A stretch of 64,000 nucleotides of DNA from Mobula hypostoma (lineage: Eukaryota), in contig NC_086109.1 in assembly GCF_963921235.1 (NCBI RefSeq), positions 10,604,001 to 10,668,000 on the forward strand, read 5' to 3'. Positions 24,251-36,210 of the stretch are shown piece by piece. The notes beneath the pieces are model-generated. The model did not search any database. It was not told where the DNA came from and saw only the letters and a program-made list of their open reading frames with translations. Each line of letters opens with the position of its first letter. Position 1 is the stretch's first letter. The translations under genes were made by a program, and so were the position numbers.

Positions 24251-25811
24251 CATCAGCAAGGGACTTACGTAAGCACAAAGATGAGAGAGTTGCGGAGGCT
24301 GGGTCAAAGGAAGTGGTTAAAGAAAAATTGTCAAATGTCAGAGAATGGAGGGCCATGAGGAACTGGGAGCTGAAGTCTGGGGCAGCTTGGTCACAATCGT
24401 ATTGAATGTTAGGGGTGGGATTTTGGGACTCAGTGGCTCTGGGGAACCAGGAGCTGAGGTCAGGGGCAGATTGGCTACGATCGGATTCAATGGTGGCGTG
24501 GGATTTTTCAGTGTTTAGTATAGGAAAGAGATAGAGAACCTGGTAACATGGTGTGAAATTAACACCTGGTCCCTCACTGTCAGCAAGACAAAAGAGCTGA
24601 TCATTGATTTTGTGAAACTGGAGTGATTTCAGGTTTTTACCAGTTGGTTCATGAGCCAGGTGGTTGAAGGGAAGCAGTTCCTCTTGGACCTGGAGATGTG
24701 AGACCTCTGTATCTCCTGTCTGTTTGTAGCTGTATGGCCCAGATGGTGGGGATATCTGATAATGGATGTTGCCTTCCTGTAGATATTACCGAAGGCTGTG
24801 AGGGATGTGCCCATGATGTGTTGGGCTATTAACTCTGCCCAACGTTTCCAAGGCATTCAGACAGACACCTTAATGGACAGGGAATTGAAGCATATATACC
24901 ATGTGCAGGTCCATGGGTGAGAAAAGATCAGCTTTGTTTGTCACAGGTGCATCAAAAATCATTGCAACATGCTGTGAAATGTGTCATTTGCATTAACAAC
25001 CAACAGAACCTCAGATGTGCTGGGGGCAGCCCGCAAGAGTCGCCACACATTCCAGTGCTAACAATGCTCAGTAAGGTAGGTTAAAACAGAACACAACAAA
25101 CAACAAAACAGCAGCAAAACAGGCCCCCTTTCACACACACACACACACACAGTCCTCCAACCCCAGATCAGATGATCAGATTCCCAGCCTCCAGTCTCTG
25201 GTCTCCATTGGGCTTCAACTTCAAATCAAATCAAGTTTAACTATCATTCAAACCATGCTTAGATACAGCTGAACGAGACAGTGCTCCTCTGGGGCCAAAG
25301 GTGCAGAACATTAAAAATAGCAAGTAACTTCCAGACTTCTGATTGATCTTTGGGCTACGGTCCCCCAGACTAGCCCAAACACCAGGCACAAACTCCAGGC
25401 ATGCTGGCTGACTGGCTCTCATGCCTCTGGGTCACTGCCCTCTGAGTGTGAGGTGGGACCTTCCCTCACTCTATAATGATGCTGTTGCCTCATAGAGTTA
25501 AATACTCTTGTGAGAAGCAACGAACTTGGATTATGCACACAATTATAGAATGAGATGGGAAATTTGCTTAACAAATGTCAGAGTAATAGATCCTCTAGTT
25601 CTGCATCCAGATTAACGGATAACATTTAGCCAGGTCACTAGGGAGCACTCCCTCCTAATCTGAAATAACAGCATGGAATCTGTAACCATCGAAGAGAGGG
25701 CAAGTCGAATACTCATTCAAAATATTGAATGTAATGATTCAAATCATATTTTGCTGAGAAAAAGCATAATACATGGGATCTTACGATGAACATTTCACTG
25801 CAACTCAGTAG

Positions 25812-26138
25812 TATTCCTCCAAGAGGACTATAACCATGTCGTAGGGTTTGGAGGCTTGCATTCCTCAGCAACCCAATGAGCAATGTTGCCTGGAGTCAGG
25901 GGTTTATGCTTTGGCTCTTTGGAGGGTCGCCCATGCCAAACAGGTCAAAGGGTAGAGGCCAGGCTAAGAGTGGTCCACTAGTCCTCCAGGTTTTGGGGGT
26001 TCAGCTCAGGGCTAACAACCCTGACTGGCCAAACACAACTGTTGCAGGAACAGCAATGAAAAATCTTCTCCGTCTGAGTACGCCGATGTTCCTGAGTCTC
26101 CACCTGAGACTCGCGTGACAGGCGGCAGTGAAAACTGA
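25812..26138 (+). mobile_element. RTE-derived non-autonomous element, 5' part (continues at 30131-30212)
   Basis: RTE/Expander-type 5'UTR GGGTCGCCCATGCCAAACAGGTCAAAGGGTAGAGGCCAG; 3' end GAGGACCTTCTTTGCTGCCCTAAATGCC lies after the inserted LINE. Confidence 0.55.
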
Positions 26139-29100
26139 GTTGTTGTTGTTGTTCGTCCTTCGTAGTCGAAGATGACCATGGCTTCAAAGTCAAATGGGAG
26201 ATTGGTGGCTGTGGGTCCAGAGGTGACTGATGAGGCCAATCCGGGCCCTGAAGGCTCGCCCACATGTGAGACAGAAGTGGGTGGGTGCTGTCGTGGCAGT
26301 GGATGCTGCTCGGGCCTTGCGCACAGCACGCTTTCGTTGCGCCTCGATGATGCGCCTGACTTCAGCTGCACGGGCTCCTGTGGTGATCTTGCTGCGCCAA
26401 GCTGGACGGTCGAGGGCAAGCGTCTCCTACGTGTTGATGTCGACACCCAGGCCTTTGAGGGACGCTTTCAGGCAGTCTTTGTAACGTTTCTTCTGCCCCC
26501 CAACTGAGCGCTTGTCCTGACACAGTTCTCAGTACAGCAGCTGCTTAGGCAATCGGCTGTCTGGCATTCTGACCACATGTCCAGCCCACCTGGCTTGGGC
26601 TTTCAGCAGGAGGGTGCAGACGCTGCAGAGCCCAGCTCGTTCCAGGATTTCCGTGTCGGGGACTTTGTCCTGCCACCTCATGTGGAGGAGTCTGCGGAGA
26701 CAGCTCAGGTGAAAATGGTTGAGCTGTTTGGCGTGTCTGCTGTAGACAGTCCAGGTCTCGCTGACGTAAAGGAGGGTGGTAAGGACCACTGCACAGTAGA
26801 CCTTCAGCTTGGTGGTAAAGCTGAGTCCGCTCCACTCCCAGACGTTCTCACGGAGTCTCCCAAAGGCGGCGCTGGCTTTGGCAATCCTGTTGTTGACCTC
26901 AGCGTCTATGTTCACTGCACGAGAGAGTATGCTGCCCAGGTAGGTGAAGTTGTCGGCTGCCTGGAGGTTCTGGCCCTTCACCGTGATTCGCGGTTCCTGG
27001 TATGGCTTTCCTGGGGCAGGCTGGTACATAACTTCAGTCTTTTTGGTGCTGATTGTGAGACCGAAGTTGTCGCAGGCTTGTGAGAAGCAGTCCATTTCAC
27101 GCTGCATCTCCTGCTCTGTGCTGGCATTGAGTGCACAGTCATCAGCAAACAAGAAGTCTCTGATGACAGTCTCTCGCACCTTTGTAACTGCCTGCAGGTG
27201 CCTAAGGTTGAACAACCTGCTGTCAGTCTTGTACCTGATGTGGATTCCTTCTTCGTAGTTATGGAAGGCATCTGTCAGCATGGCAGAGAATACCATACTG
27301 AACAGAGTCGGGGCAAGAATGCAGCCTTGTTTGACGCCATTTGTCACTGGGAAGGCCTCCGACTCGTCGCTGTCATCCAGAACTTTCACCATCATACCGT
27401 CGTGGAACTGCCGGACGATTGTGGTGAACTTTCTGGGGCAGCCAAACTTCTCCATGATCTTCCACAAGTCTTCTCTGCTGACCGTATTGAAAGCCTTGGT
27501 TAGATCGACAAAGGTCACGAAGAGGTCGCTGTGTTGCTCCTGGCATTTTTCCTGGAGTCGGCGCGCAGCAAAAATCATGTCCGCGGTCCCACGTTCAGCA
27601 CGGAAGCCGCACTGGCTTTCTGGGAGCAGACCTTGCTCAAGATGTTGGAGAAGGCGGTTGAGCAGGACGCGGGCCAGAATCTTCCCCGCAATGGACAAGA
27701 GGGAGATGCCTCGGTGGTTGTCGCAAGACTGGCGGTTGCCTTTCCTCTTGTAGATGTGGACTATGCTGGCATCTTTCAGCTGTTGCGGGACCTGTCCCTT
27801 TTTCCACATGGACTGGAAGAGTACAGTCAGCTTTTGCATCATGACAGGGCCTCCTGCTTTGTATACCTCAGCAGGGATTGCATCGGGTCCTGGTGCTTTG
27901 CCACAGGAGAGTTGCTTCACTGCCTTCCTGACTTCATCTACTGTGGGGAGGGTGTCGAGGTTCTTGTTGATCTCTACCTGGGGCAGGCTGGCAATGGCCT
28001 CGTCATTGATGTCGGCAGGGCGGTTAAGGACGTTGTTAAAATGCTCAGCCCACTGATCCAGTATCTGCTTCTTCTCTGTCAGCAGCTGCGTCTCATCTGC
28101 GTTGAGGAGGGGTGAGGAGCCGGAGGACTGGGGTCCGTATACAGCCGTAAGCGCATCGTAGAAGCGCTTTATGTTGTGGCTGTCTGCATAGCCCTGGATT
28201 TCATCGGCCTTCTTGCTGAACCAGCTGTCCTGCATCTCGCGAAGTTTTTTCTGCACCTTTCTTCTGGCGTTGGTAAAGGCATCTTTCTTGGCTAGCGATG
28301 TGGGGTCGTTCTGATGCGCTCTGTAATGTTGATGTTTCTCCGTTAGTAGTGCCTGTATTTCTTCATCATTCTCATCGAACCAGTCTTGGTTTCTTCGGGT
28401 TGCCGGTCCGAGATGTTCGAGGGCGGTAGTGTAGACAGCGTCTCTGAAGGCCGTCCACTGTTCCTCAATGCTGGTCCCGTCATCCTGTGGTGTGTCTGGC
28501 AGTCTGCCTTCAAGGTCATCGACGAATTCTTCTGCAACCCTGCTGCTTTTCAGCTTGGAGACATTCAACCTCTTTGCAGTCTTCTGCCCTTGGGGTCTTC
28601 TCATGGGCAGAATGCGAAGCCTGAACTTGGACACAATGAGGCGGTGGTCAGTCCAGCAGTCGGCACCACACATGGCTCTCGTCACTCTGACATCCATCCT
28701 GTCCCTCTTCCTGGTGATGATGTAGTCAATCAGATGCCAGTGCTTTGAGCGTGGGTGCATCCATGACGTCTTGTTACGGGTGGGTAAGCGGAACAGGGTG
28801 TTGGTGATGACAAGGTCGTGTGTGGCACACGTCTTGAGGAGCAGAAGGCCGTTGCTGTTACACTTGCCAGTGCCGTGTCTTCCAATGATCCCTTCCCAGG
28901 TTTGGTAGTCTGTCCCTACTCTGGCATTGAAGTTCCCGAGAACGATGAGCTTCTCTGACTGTGGGATTGCTGAGATGAGGGCGTCGAGTTCTTCATAGAA
29001 CTTGTCTTTAATGTCATCTGGGTTGGTCATGGTGGGAGCGTAGGCACTAATCAGCGTAGCACTCTTCTTGTTTGCAAGTGGGAGCTGAAGTGTCATCAGG

Positions 29101-30130
29101 CGGTCGTTGATGCTCTCTGGGTGCTTGGTGAGTTTACGGGCGAGGTTCGAATTGATGGCAAATCCCACGCCTGCTTCTCGTCGTTCAGCGCTGCTGCGAC
29201 CGCTCCAGAAGAACGTGTATCCACCACTACGTTCTGTCAGCTGGCCCTTGTCTGCTAGGCGAGTTTCGCTGAGAGCTGCTATGTCCACGTTGTAGCCAGC
29301 TAGCTCTTTTGCAACCAGTGCAGTTCTTCTCTCTGGTCTGTCTGCCTTGATGTTATCTCGCAGAGTTCTCACGTTCCATGTGCCAAGGTTGAGCACCATC
29401 ACTTTCTTCCGCGTTGGGTTTGAAGTCATGACTTGCGCTGGACTTGGATTGAAGTGAGGGAGAGTTGCGCAGGTCGTCAGCCTCACTCTCTCATCCCGCC
29501 TATCTGGACCCAGTGGCAAGACATAGTTGAGAAGGCTGGAGATAGGTCAGGATGCAGTGGATGGCCAGCAGTGTTCTGTGTGTCTCACTGTGCCCTCTTA
29601 GCGCTCCACGACACATTGCTGAGAATCGCCTTTCTGCCCGTTGAACCAATGATGGTTTCTTCCGCACAGTCCGCCGAATCCAGACTTCACACGCTAGGTA
29701 GACAAGCCCTGAGTGTTGTGGGTCTACGGCAGTTCTTGCGGCGTGCTCGCAAGCCTCCCTACCCATTACTGGGCATCCTCATCCGCCTTTGCAGCCGTTG
29801 GGAGATGTCTCCTCTTCCGCCTGCTCCACCGTTGGGATGATCACCTAGTGGTGTGGTAATGACACTATCCCCTCAGTTGTTTTCGCCCGCTAGCTGCTCC
29901 ACCTTGGCCGGGTCCTGCAGCTGCTCCCGACCGTACCAGGCGGCGGGGGCGGGCGGTGGCGGTCGCGACAAGCGACAGGCCAGCTCCAGGCCTCAGGCCT
30001 CGCCCCCTCCGCCCGCCGCCGCCTCGCCTTATACCTGTATAATAGGTCCAGTGTCAGTTCGGCGGCCTCGGACAGGAGTCTCAGCACTCACGGCCCGGTG
30101 TCGGCTCGACCTCGGCCGGGTGTCTGAGCT
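26139..30130 (-). mobile_element. Full-length RTE-clade LINE retrotransposon
   Basis: Single ORF with APE + RT; 3' (AAC)n tail at 26139-26153; ACTGA direct repeat at 26134-26138 and 30131-30135; the host element is contiguous across it. Confidence 0.93.
26529..29429 (-). CDS. RTE LINE polyprotein: APE endonuclease + reverse transcriptase (prematurely terminated; frame continues to 26190 with C2H2 finger)
   Basis: APE motifs GTWNVRTL, IAALSETR, AYAPT, LIDYI, WTDH; RT motifs NHRGISLL, QCGFR, FVDLTKAF, GVKQGCILAP, LFADD, FTYLGS; first ATG at 29429. Confidence 0.9.
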   Translation of the reverse strand: MTSNPTRKKVMVLNLGTWNVRTLRDNIKADRPERRTALVAKELAGYNVDIAALSETRLADKGQLTERSGGYTFFWSGRSSAERREAGVGFAINSNLARKLTKHPESINDRLMTLQLPLANKKSATLISAYAPTMTNPDDIKDKFYEELDALISAIPQSEKLIVLGNFNARVGTDYQTWEGIIGRHGTGKCNSNGLLLLKTCATHDLVITNTLFRLPTRNKTSWMHPRSKHWHLIDYIITRKRDRMDVRVTRAMCGADCWTDHRLIVSKFRLRILPMRRPQGQKTAKRLNVSKLKSSRVAEEFVDDLEGRLPDTPQDDGTSIEEQWTAFRDAVYTTALEHLGPATRRNQDWFDENDEEIQALLTEKHQHYRAHQNDPTSLAKKDAFTNARRKVQKKLREMQDSWFSKKADEIQGYADSHNIKRFYDALTAVYGPQSSGSSPLLNADETQLLTEKKQILDQWAEHFNNVLNRPADINDEAIASLPQVEINKNLDTLPTVDEVRKAVKQLSCGKAPGPDAIPAEVYKAGGPVMMQKLTVLFQSMWKKGQVPQQLKDASIVHIYKRKGNRQSCDNHRGISLLSIAGKILARVLLNRLLQHLEQGLLPESQCGFRAERGTADMIFAARRLQEKCQEQHSDLFVTFVDLTKAFNTVSREDLWKIMEKFGCPRKFTTIVRQFHDGMMVKVLDDSDESEAFPVTNGVKQGCILAPTLFSMVFSAMLTDAFHNYEEGIHIRYKTDSRLFNLRHLQAVTKVRETVIRDFLFADDCALNASTEQEMQREMDCFSQACDNFGLTISTKKTEVMYQPAPGKPYQEPRITVKGQNLQAADNFTYLGSILSRAVNIDAEVNNRIAKASAAFGRLRENVWEWSGLSFTTKLKVYCAVVLTTLLYVSETWTVYSRHAKQLNHFHLSCLRRLLHMRWQDKVPDTEILERAGLCSVCTLLLKAQARWAGHVVRMPDSRLPKQLLY

Positions 30131-30229
30131 ACTGAAACGATGAAGGAAGCCTTGAACACCGCCAGAGACGGAGGACCTTCTTTGCTGCCCTAAATGCCAG
30201 CGGGATAATGGACGGGAGAGGAGAGTAGC

Positions 30230-30560
30230 CGAGCGACTAGCACAATCGCCTTACAGCACCAGTGCTCACCGATTGGAGTTCAATTCCTGCCGCTGTCTGT
30301 AAGGAGTCTGCATGTTCTCCCTTTCTCTGTGTGGGTTTCCTCCGGGTGCTCTAGTCTTCTGTTTGTGGGTTTCCTCCGGGTGCTGTAGTCTTCTGCCACA
30401 TTCCAAAGATGTATGGGTTAGGGTCAGTCAGTGTGGGTATGAAATGCCCCACTGGAGGCTTGGCAACACTTACGAGCTGCCCCCAGACTGTGTTGGTTGT
30501 TGACACCAATGAGGCATTTCACTATATGCTTCAATGTTTTGATGTACGTACGACAAAATA
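30230..30560 (+). mobile_element. V-SINE
   Basis: GAGTTCAATTCC B box; duplicated GTGGGTTTCCTCCGGGTGCT V-domain. Confidence 0.7.
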
Positions 30561-30617
30561 AAACAATAGTTTTCTTTATCTTTATCACTGGTGCTGAGGG
30601 ATTGATTCTCTCTAGTG

Positions 30618-30699
30618 CAGGGGTTCCCAAACTTTTTTTAATGCCATGGACGCCTACCATTAACGGAGGAGTCCATGGACCCCGGGTTGGGAACCCCTG
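30618..30699. mobile_element. 82-bp hAT (Charlie/Buster-type) MITE
   Basis: Perfect 13-bp TIR CAGGGGTTCCCAA/TTGGGAACCCCTG; flanks CTCTAGTG/GTCTAGAA share the TCTAG target core. Confidence 0.75.
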
Positions 30700-31363
30700 G
30701 TCTAGAATAAATCAAGCATTATCATTTTTGTTTTTGATCCTGTCCAACAGAATGACACTTGAATCAGCTAAGTTGTGCCAAACGGCATGGAGTAGGAGTT
30801 GCTGCCATATAGTTTTAAAATATTCTAATGCTCACAAGGACAGCATCCATCATCAAAGATCCCCACCATGTAGGCTCTGCCAACTTCTCACAGCTCCCTT
30901 CGGGCAGGACATTCACAAGCCCGAAGTCCCACACCACCAGGTTCAACAACGAATTCCCTTCACTATTCAGTCCTTGAACCAGCCAGCACAACCCTAATCT
31001 CTGCAGTTTAGCAACTCTATACAAAGTACATTTATTATCAAAGTACAAAATACATTTATTATCGAAGTATGAATACTGTATACGACCTTAAGATTCATCT
31101 TTTTGCAGACAGCTATAAGACAAAGAGACACAATTGGACCCATTACAAAAACCCACAGAACAAAAACTGTCGAACACCCAATGTGCAAAAAAAAAAGAAC
31201 AACTCATGCAAACAATAAAAAGTAAACAAATAACACAGGGCATGAACCGCAGAGCCCCCCCGAAAGTGAGACCACAGTCACGGAGACAGTTCAGTGCTGA
31301 GGTGAGTGAAGCTAGTCTCAGGAGCCACAGCCACAGAGGCAAGTGATGCTGGTCCAGGAGCCT

Positions 31364-31505
31364 GATGGCTGCAGGCCACAGCCACAGAGCCAGTTCGGTG
31401 CTGAGCCGAGTGCTGATGGCTGCAGGCCACAGCCACAGAGCCAGTTCGGTGCTGAGCCGAGTGCTGATGGCTGCAGGCCACAGTCACAGAGCCAGTTTGG
31501 TGCTA
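31364..31505. repeat. 51-bp tandem repeat (about 2.8 copies)
   Basis: GATGGCTGCAGGCCACAGCCACAGAGCCAGTTCGGTGCTGAGCCGAGTGCT starting at 31364, 31415 and 31466. Confidence 0.9.
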
Positions 31506-32269
31506 AAGTGAGTAAACCTTGTGGAGTAATGAACTAAATAGAAATATGACCACTTAAATCTCTTTTCACTAAAATAGCCATTTTTCATTTTGCTTATAGG
31601 ATTGTGCATAATTTGTAATTTTCTTGTGAAGTCTGCTGATTTGATACAACGTGCCTGTGATGCTTCAGCAAGTTTTTCATTGCACTTGTGAATATGACTA
31701 TAAACTTGACTTTGACTTTATGTAGGAGTTCATTTTGCAGAGAACAGTGTACCCAAAGGGTGACCTATTGCTACTGAGGGTAAGGTTAGTTATTGCACAA
31801 AAGTCAAATATGATGCCAGATGTAGACGCACATCTCAAATTCAAAATTCAGAGTTGAGGACACAGGTTTTCGCGCCTCTTTTGATAAGCTAAATGGATGG
31901 CGAAGCTGTTGGAGACCACGGATTATGGCCAGTAAGCCCAAAATCCTTGACTACCAATATCCTAAACATGAGTTAGGTGTTTAATGGAGGTGTTGATACA
32001 TGTTTTGGGGCTTGTATTACAGTGACAGAGCAGCAGAGTGTAGAAAATGGCCATACTGTCCATCTAGTCCATGTCAAACTGTTATTTTGCCTAGTCCTAT
32101 TGACCTGCACCTGGACCATACCCCTCCACGCTCCTCCAAGCCATGTACTTATCCAAACTTCTCTTAGAACCACCACTTCCACTAGCAGCTCATTTCACAC
32201 TCTCACCACCCTCTGAGTGAAGAGACTCCCCCTGAGGTTACCCTTAAAATATTTATTTATTTAGCGATA

Positions 32270-32550
32270 CAGTGTGGAACAGACCCTCCTGACCCAATGA
32301 ACTGCACCATCCAGCAACCCGTCTTTTTAACCCTATCCTAATCACAGGACAATTTACAATGATCAATTAACCTACTAGCTGGTATGTATTTGGAATGTTG
32401 GAGGAAACCAGAGCACCTGGAGGAAACCCACCTGGTTCACGGGGAGAGCGTACAAGCTCCTTATGGGCGGCGCTGGACATGAACTCTGAACTCCCGAACA
32501 CCATGAACTCTAATAGCGTCACGCTAACCGCGACACTACCATGGCGTAGC
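32270..32550 (-). mobile_element. V-SINE
   Basis: Reverse complement GGTAGTGTCGCGGTTAGCG...GGGTTTCCTCCAGGTGCTCTGGTTTCCTCC. Confidence 0.7.
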
Positions 32551-33440
32551 GTTTCACCTTTCACCCTTAACCTATGACCTCTAACTCTAGTCTCACCCAA
32601 CACCAGTGTAAAAAGCCTGCTTGTATTTACAATATTAATACCCCCTCATAATCTTGTATACCTCAATCAAATCTCCCCTTAGTCTCCTACGCTCCAGGGA
32701 ATGAAGTCGCTACCTACTCAACAGTACCATGTTCCTCTGTGGGTGGGAAAGATCCACTAGGTCACAGCACCCTTCTTTTCTGCTGTCAACCTGCCATTAC
32801 TGGCTAGTGCCTCTTGCCAGCACAAATACAATTTGAGGAGGAGGTACTCACCAGTTATTTTCATATCTGTATCAAATCCGCTTCTTGCTGGTCAGTGTCA
32901 TGTTTGACCACCCAGGCATATGAACTTTATTTGAAACAGACAGAGCCTTATTTTGAACAGTCTGAGAACAAGATAAACTCAATTAATGTCACTGGATCTC
33001 CAACCAGACAGTGTTTTGGCTGAAACGCGATCAGATATCATTTTCAATGAGCTCCTCTCATTATACCAGATTAATTTCTTATCCTGCAAAACTTTATTTC
33101 TAAAAATTGCCTTTGGAGACTCATAGAGACACACAACACAGTAACAGGACCTTCAGCCCATCATGCTGATGCTCACCAATGAGCTCTCATCTACACTCAT
33201 CTCACTTGCCACTACTTGGTCGGTCGCCTTCCCTGCCTCCACGATTCCTCAGGCGATGGGTTTGAAACCCTGGAGAATTAAAAAAAAATGAACTTCCTAA
33301 TTTTTAAAAATATATTTAAAGCAAGGGTTGGTAAGTTCTTGATTAGTAAGGACATCAAAGGTTATGTGGAGAAGGCCGGAGAAGGAGGTTGAGAGGGATA
33401 ATAAATTGGCCTTCTTAAAATGAAGAGTAGGATGAGCTGG

Positions 33441-34284
33441 AAAACACATCAAAGTTGCTGGTGAACGCAGCAGGCCAGGCAGCATCTCTAGGAAGAGGTA
33501 CAGTCAACGTTTCGGGCTGAGACCCTTCGTCAGGACTAACTGAAGGAAGAGATAGTAAGAGATTTGAAAGTGGGAGGGGGAGGGGGGAGATCCAAAATCA
33601 TAGGAGAAGACAGGAGAGGGAGGGATGGAGCCAAGAGCTGGACGGGTGATTGACAAAAGGGATATGAGAGGATCATGGGACAGGAGGCCCAGGGAGAAGG
33701 AAAAGGGGGAGGGGGGAAGCCCAGAGGATGGGCAAGGGGTATAGTGAGAGGGACAGAAGGAGAAAAAGGAGAGAGAAAGAATGTGTGTGAATAAATAAAT
33801 AAATAATGGGTGGGGTACGAGGGGGAGATGGGGCATTAGCAGAAGTTTAAGAAGTCAATGTTCATGCCATCATTATTTATTTATATACACATATACACAT
33901 TCTTTTTCCCTCTCTCCTTTTTCTCCCTCTGTCCCTCTCACTACACTCCTTTCCCATCCTCTAGGCTTCCCCCCTCCCCCTTTTCTTTCTCCCTAGGCCT
34001 CCTGTCCCATGATCCTCTCATATCCCCTTTGCCAGTCACCTGTCCGGCTCTTGGCTCCCTCCCTCCCTCTCCTGTCTTCCCCTATCATTTCGGATCTCCC
34101 CCTCCCCCTCCCACTTTCAAATCTCTTACTAGCTCTTCTTTCAGTTAGTCCTGACGAAGGGTCTCGGCCTGAAACGTCGACTGTACCTCTTCCTAGAGAT
34201 GCTGCCTGGACTGCTGCGTTCACCAGCAACTTTGATGTGTGTTGCTTGAAATTCCAGCATCTGCAGATTTCCTCGTGTTTGCGT
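33441..34284. mobile_element. Penelope-like insertion with inverted pLTR (palindromic)
   Basis: Arm 33441-33805 (-) is the reverse complement of about 33872-34240 (+); TSD AGTAG(G/A)ATGAGCT at 33426-33438 and 34285-34297; hammerheads at 33502-33537 (-) and 34147-34182 (+). Confidence 0.85.
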
Positions 34285-34694
34285 AGTAGAATGAGCTAAA
34301 TGGCCTAATTCTACTCCTCTGTCTTACATCCTGCTGAAGCTCCCAGTCCTTACCATAATATTATATATACTACTGCTGGCTGGAAAATAGTATGCTTTCC
34401 GTGGCTGTCATAATTTGGTACACTTCTATCGGTTCCCCTTTTGGCTTTCTCCTCCCAGACACCAGAACTCACCCTCTCCAAAAGTGCCCCGAAACATTGC
34501 ATAGCCAATCAGCTTCTCCTTGTCACTGTGCCAAAGCAAGCATCTTGTGTACAGCAAGATTGCACAAACAGAACCCTGACAGTGATTGTTCAATGTTCGC
34601 TACCTACTACTTCGATGACCACACTATTTAATGCTATTGTAGCACTATTCTAAGACAGTCACGGCGGAATTCCGATCAGACATAAATTTAAAAT

Positions 34695-34885
34695 AACACG
34701 CACAAAGTGTTTGTGGAACTCGCAAGTCAGGCAGCATCTATGGAGAGGAAAAACCAGTCAACGTTTTGGGGTGAAATGTTGACTCTTTATTCCTCTCCAT
34801 AGATGTCGCCTAACCTGCTGAGTTCCTGCAGCATTTTCTGTGTGTTACTCTGGATTTCCATCATCTGCAGAATCTCTTGTGTTTG
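34695..34885. mobile_element. Mini palindromic Penelope pLTR insertion
   Basis: Head-to-head pLTR halves around 34765-34770. Confidence 0.6.
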
Positions 34886-35669
34886 AATTTGAAACCTGAC
34901 CCAGCCAATGCAAACTCAGCCCAAGCCCAAGAATTTATAATTATTTTCCGGACTTGATCCAAGGCAGGCCAAGTGTCCACGTAAATATAGCAACTTCAAA
35001 CATGCAGCTGATGTAACACCATTGCTCAAGAACAGAGGATGTACACAGTAACACTCAACAAATCCTTCAGTTCTAATGCAGGGTCCTGACCTGAAAAATT
35101 GACCATCCCTTCACCCCCACAGACTGCCTGATCCATCAAGCTCCCCCAGCAGCTTGTTTCTTGCTTCAGATCAAGGCATTTGCAGTCTCTTGCATCTCTA
35201 CTAAACAAATCATCCTGACATGGATGAAATATTAGTAGGCACCTCTGACCAGCAATAATGGGTGTGAGTGATTGATTAAGGAGTTCCACTGGCCCACGTT
35301 CTCCACAAGCCCCTTCTCCTGTTACTGATATCAGTGTTCTCAATTCTTCGCAAAGATACAATTTCATGTTGCCTGCTATTGTTATCCTTCAGCATTAATT
35401 GTTCAGTGATTAAAGAAACATTCGGGCGATGGCCTATAGGGTTACAAAGGAGTCTATGAAGAATTGAATACAGTTCTTTCTTCCCAACGTTGTTGTTTCC
35501 TGAGCAAAATCTCAAAATAACTTTTCACATCTTCCTGTCCTGGGTAAGGCATTACTGAAATCAGTATAGATAGATTACTAAACCTGGGCCTTCCGCAGTC
35601 TGGTCATGTTGCTTCAGTGCTGAAAACACTGCAATAAACATAGGTGGCTATTTTGTCTTCATGTAAGTA

Positions 35670-36210
35670 CACTGAGTGGCCACTTTAATAGTTACTTCCT
35701 ACCTAATAAAGTGGCCACTGAGTGTATGTTTGTGGTCTTCTGCTGCTGTAGCCCATCCACATCAAGGTTCGATGTGTTGTGCATTCAGAGATGCTCTTCT
35801 GCAAACCACTGTTGCAACGTGTGGTTATTTGAGTTACTGTCATTTTCCTGCCAGCGTGAACCAGTCTGGCCATTCTCCTATTAATTCTCTATTAATTCTC
35901 TCATTAATAAGGCATTTTCACCCACAGAACTGCTGCTCACTGGATTTTTTTGTTGTTTCTCGCACCATTCTCTGTAAATTATAGAGACAGTTGTGCATGA
36001 AAATCCCAGGAGATCAGCAGTTTCTGAGATATTCAAAGCACCCATCTGACACCAACAATCAGTCACTTAGATCACATTTCTTCCCCATTCTGATGTTTGG
36101 CCTGAAAAACAACTGAACCTCTTAACCATGTCTGCATGCATTTATGCACTGAGTTGCTGCCAGATGCTTGGGTGATTAGATATTTGCATTAATGAGCAGG
36201 TGTACATAAT
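35670..36210 (-). mobile_element. Tc1/mariner-derived non-autonomous element
   Basis: TA+CACTGAGTGGCCACTTTA terminus; LNISETADLLGFSCTTVSIIYREWCEK transposase remnant. Confidence 0.75.

Noticed and set aside
26577..28748. Multiple 100-190-aa plus-strand ORFs
   Set aside because: Antisense shadow of the GC-rich RTE ORF; no independent motifs.
29430..29880. HDV-like ribozyme in the RTE 5'UTR
   Set aside because: Known in some RTE elements, but I could not assemble the nested double pseudoknot by eye; needs an RNAMotif/Infernal search.
31364..31505. CRISPR-like array
   Set aside because: Contiguous tandem units with no unique spacers, no cas genes, and a eukaryotic context.
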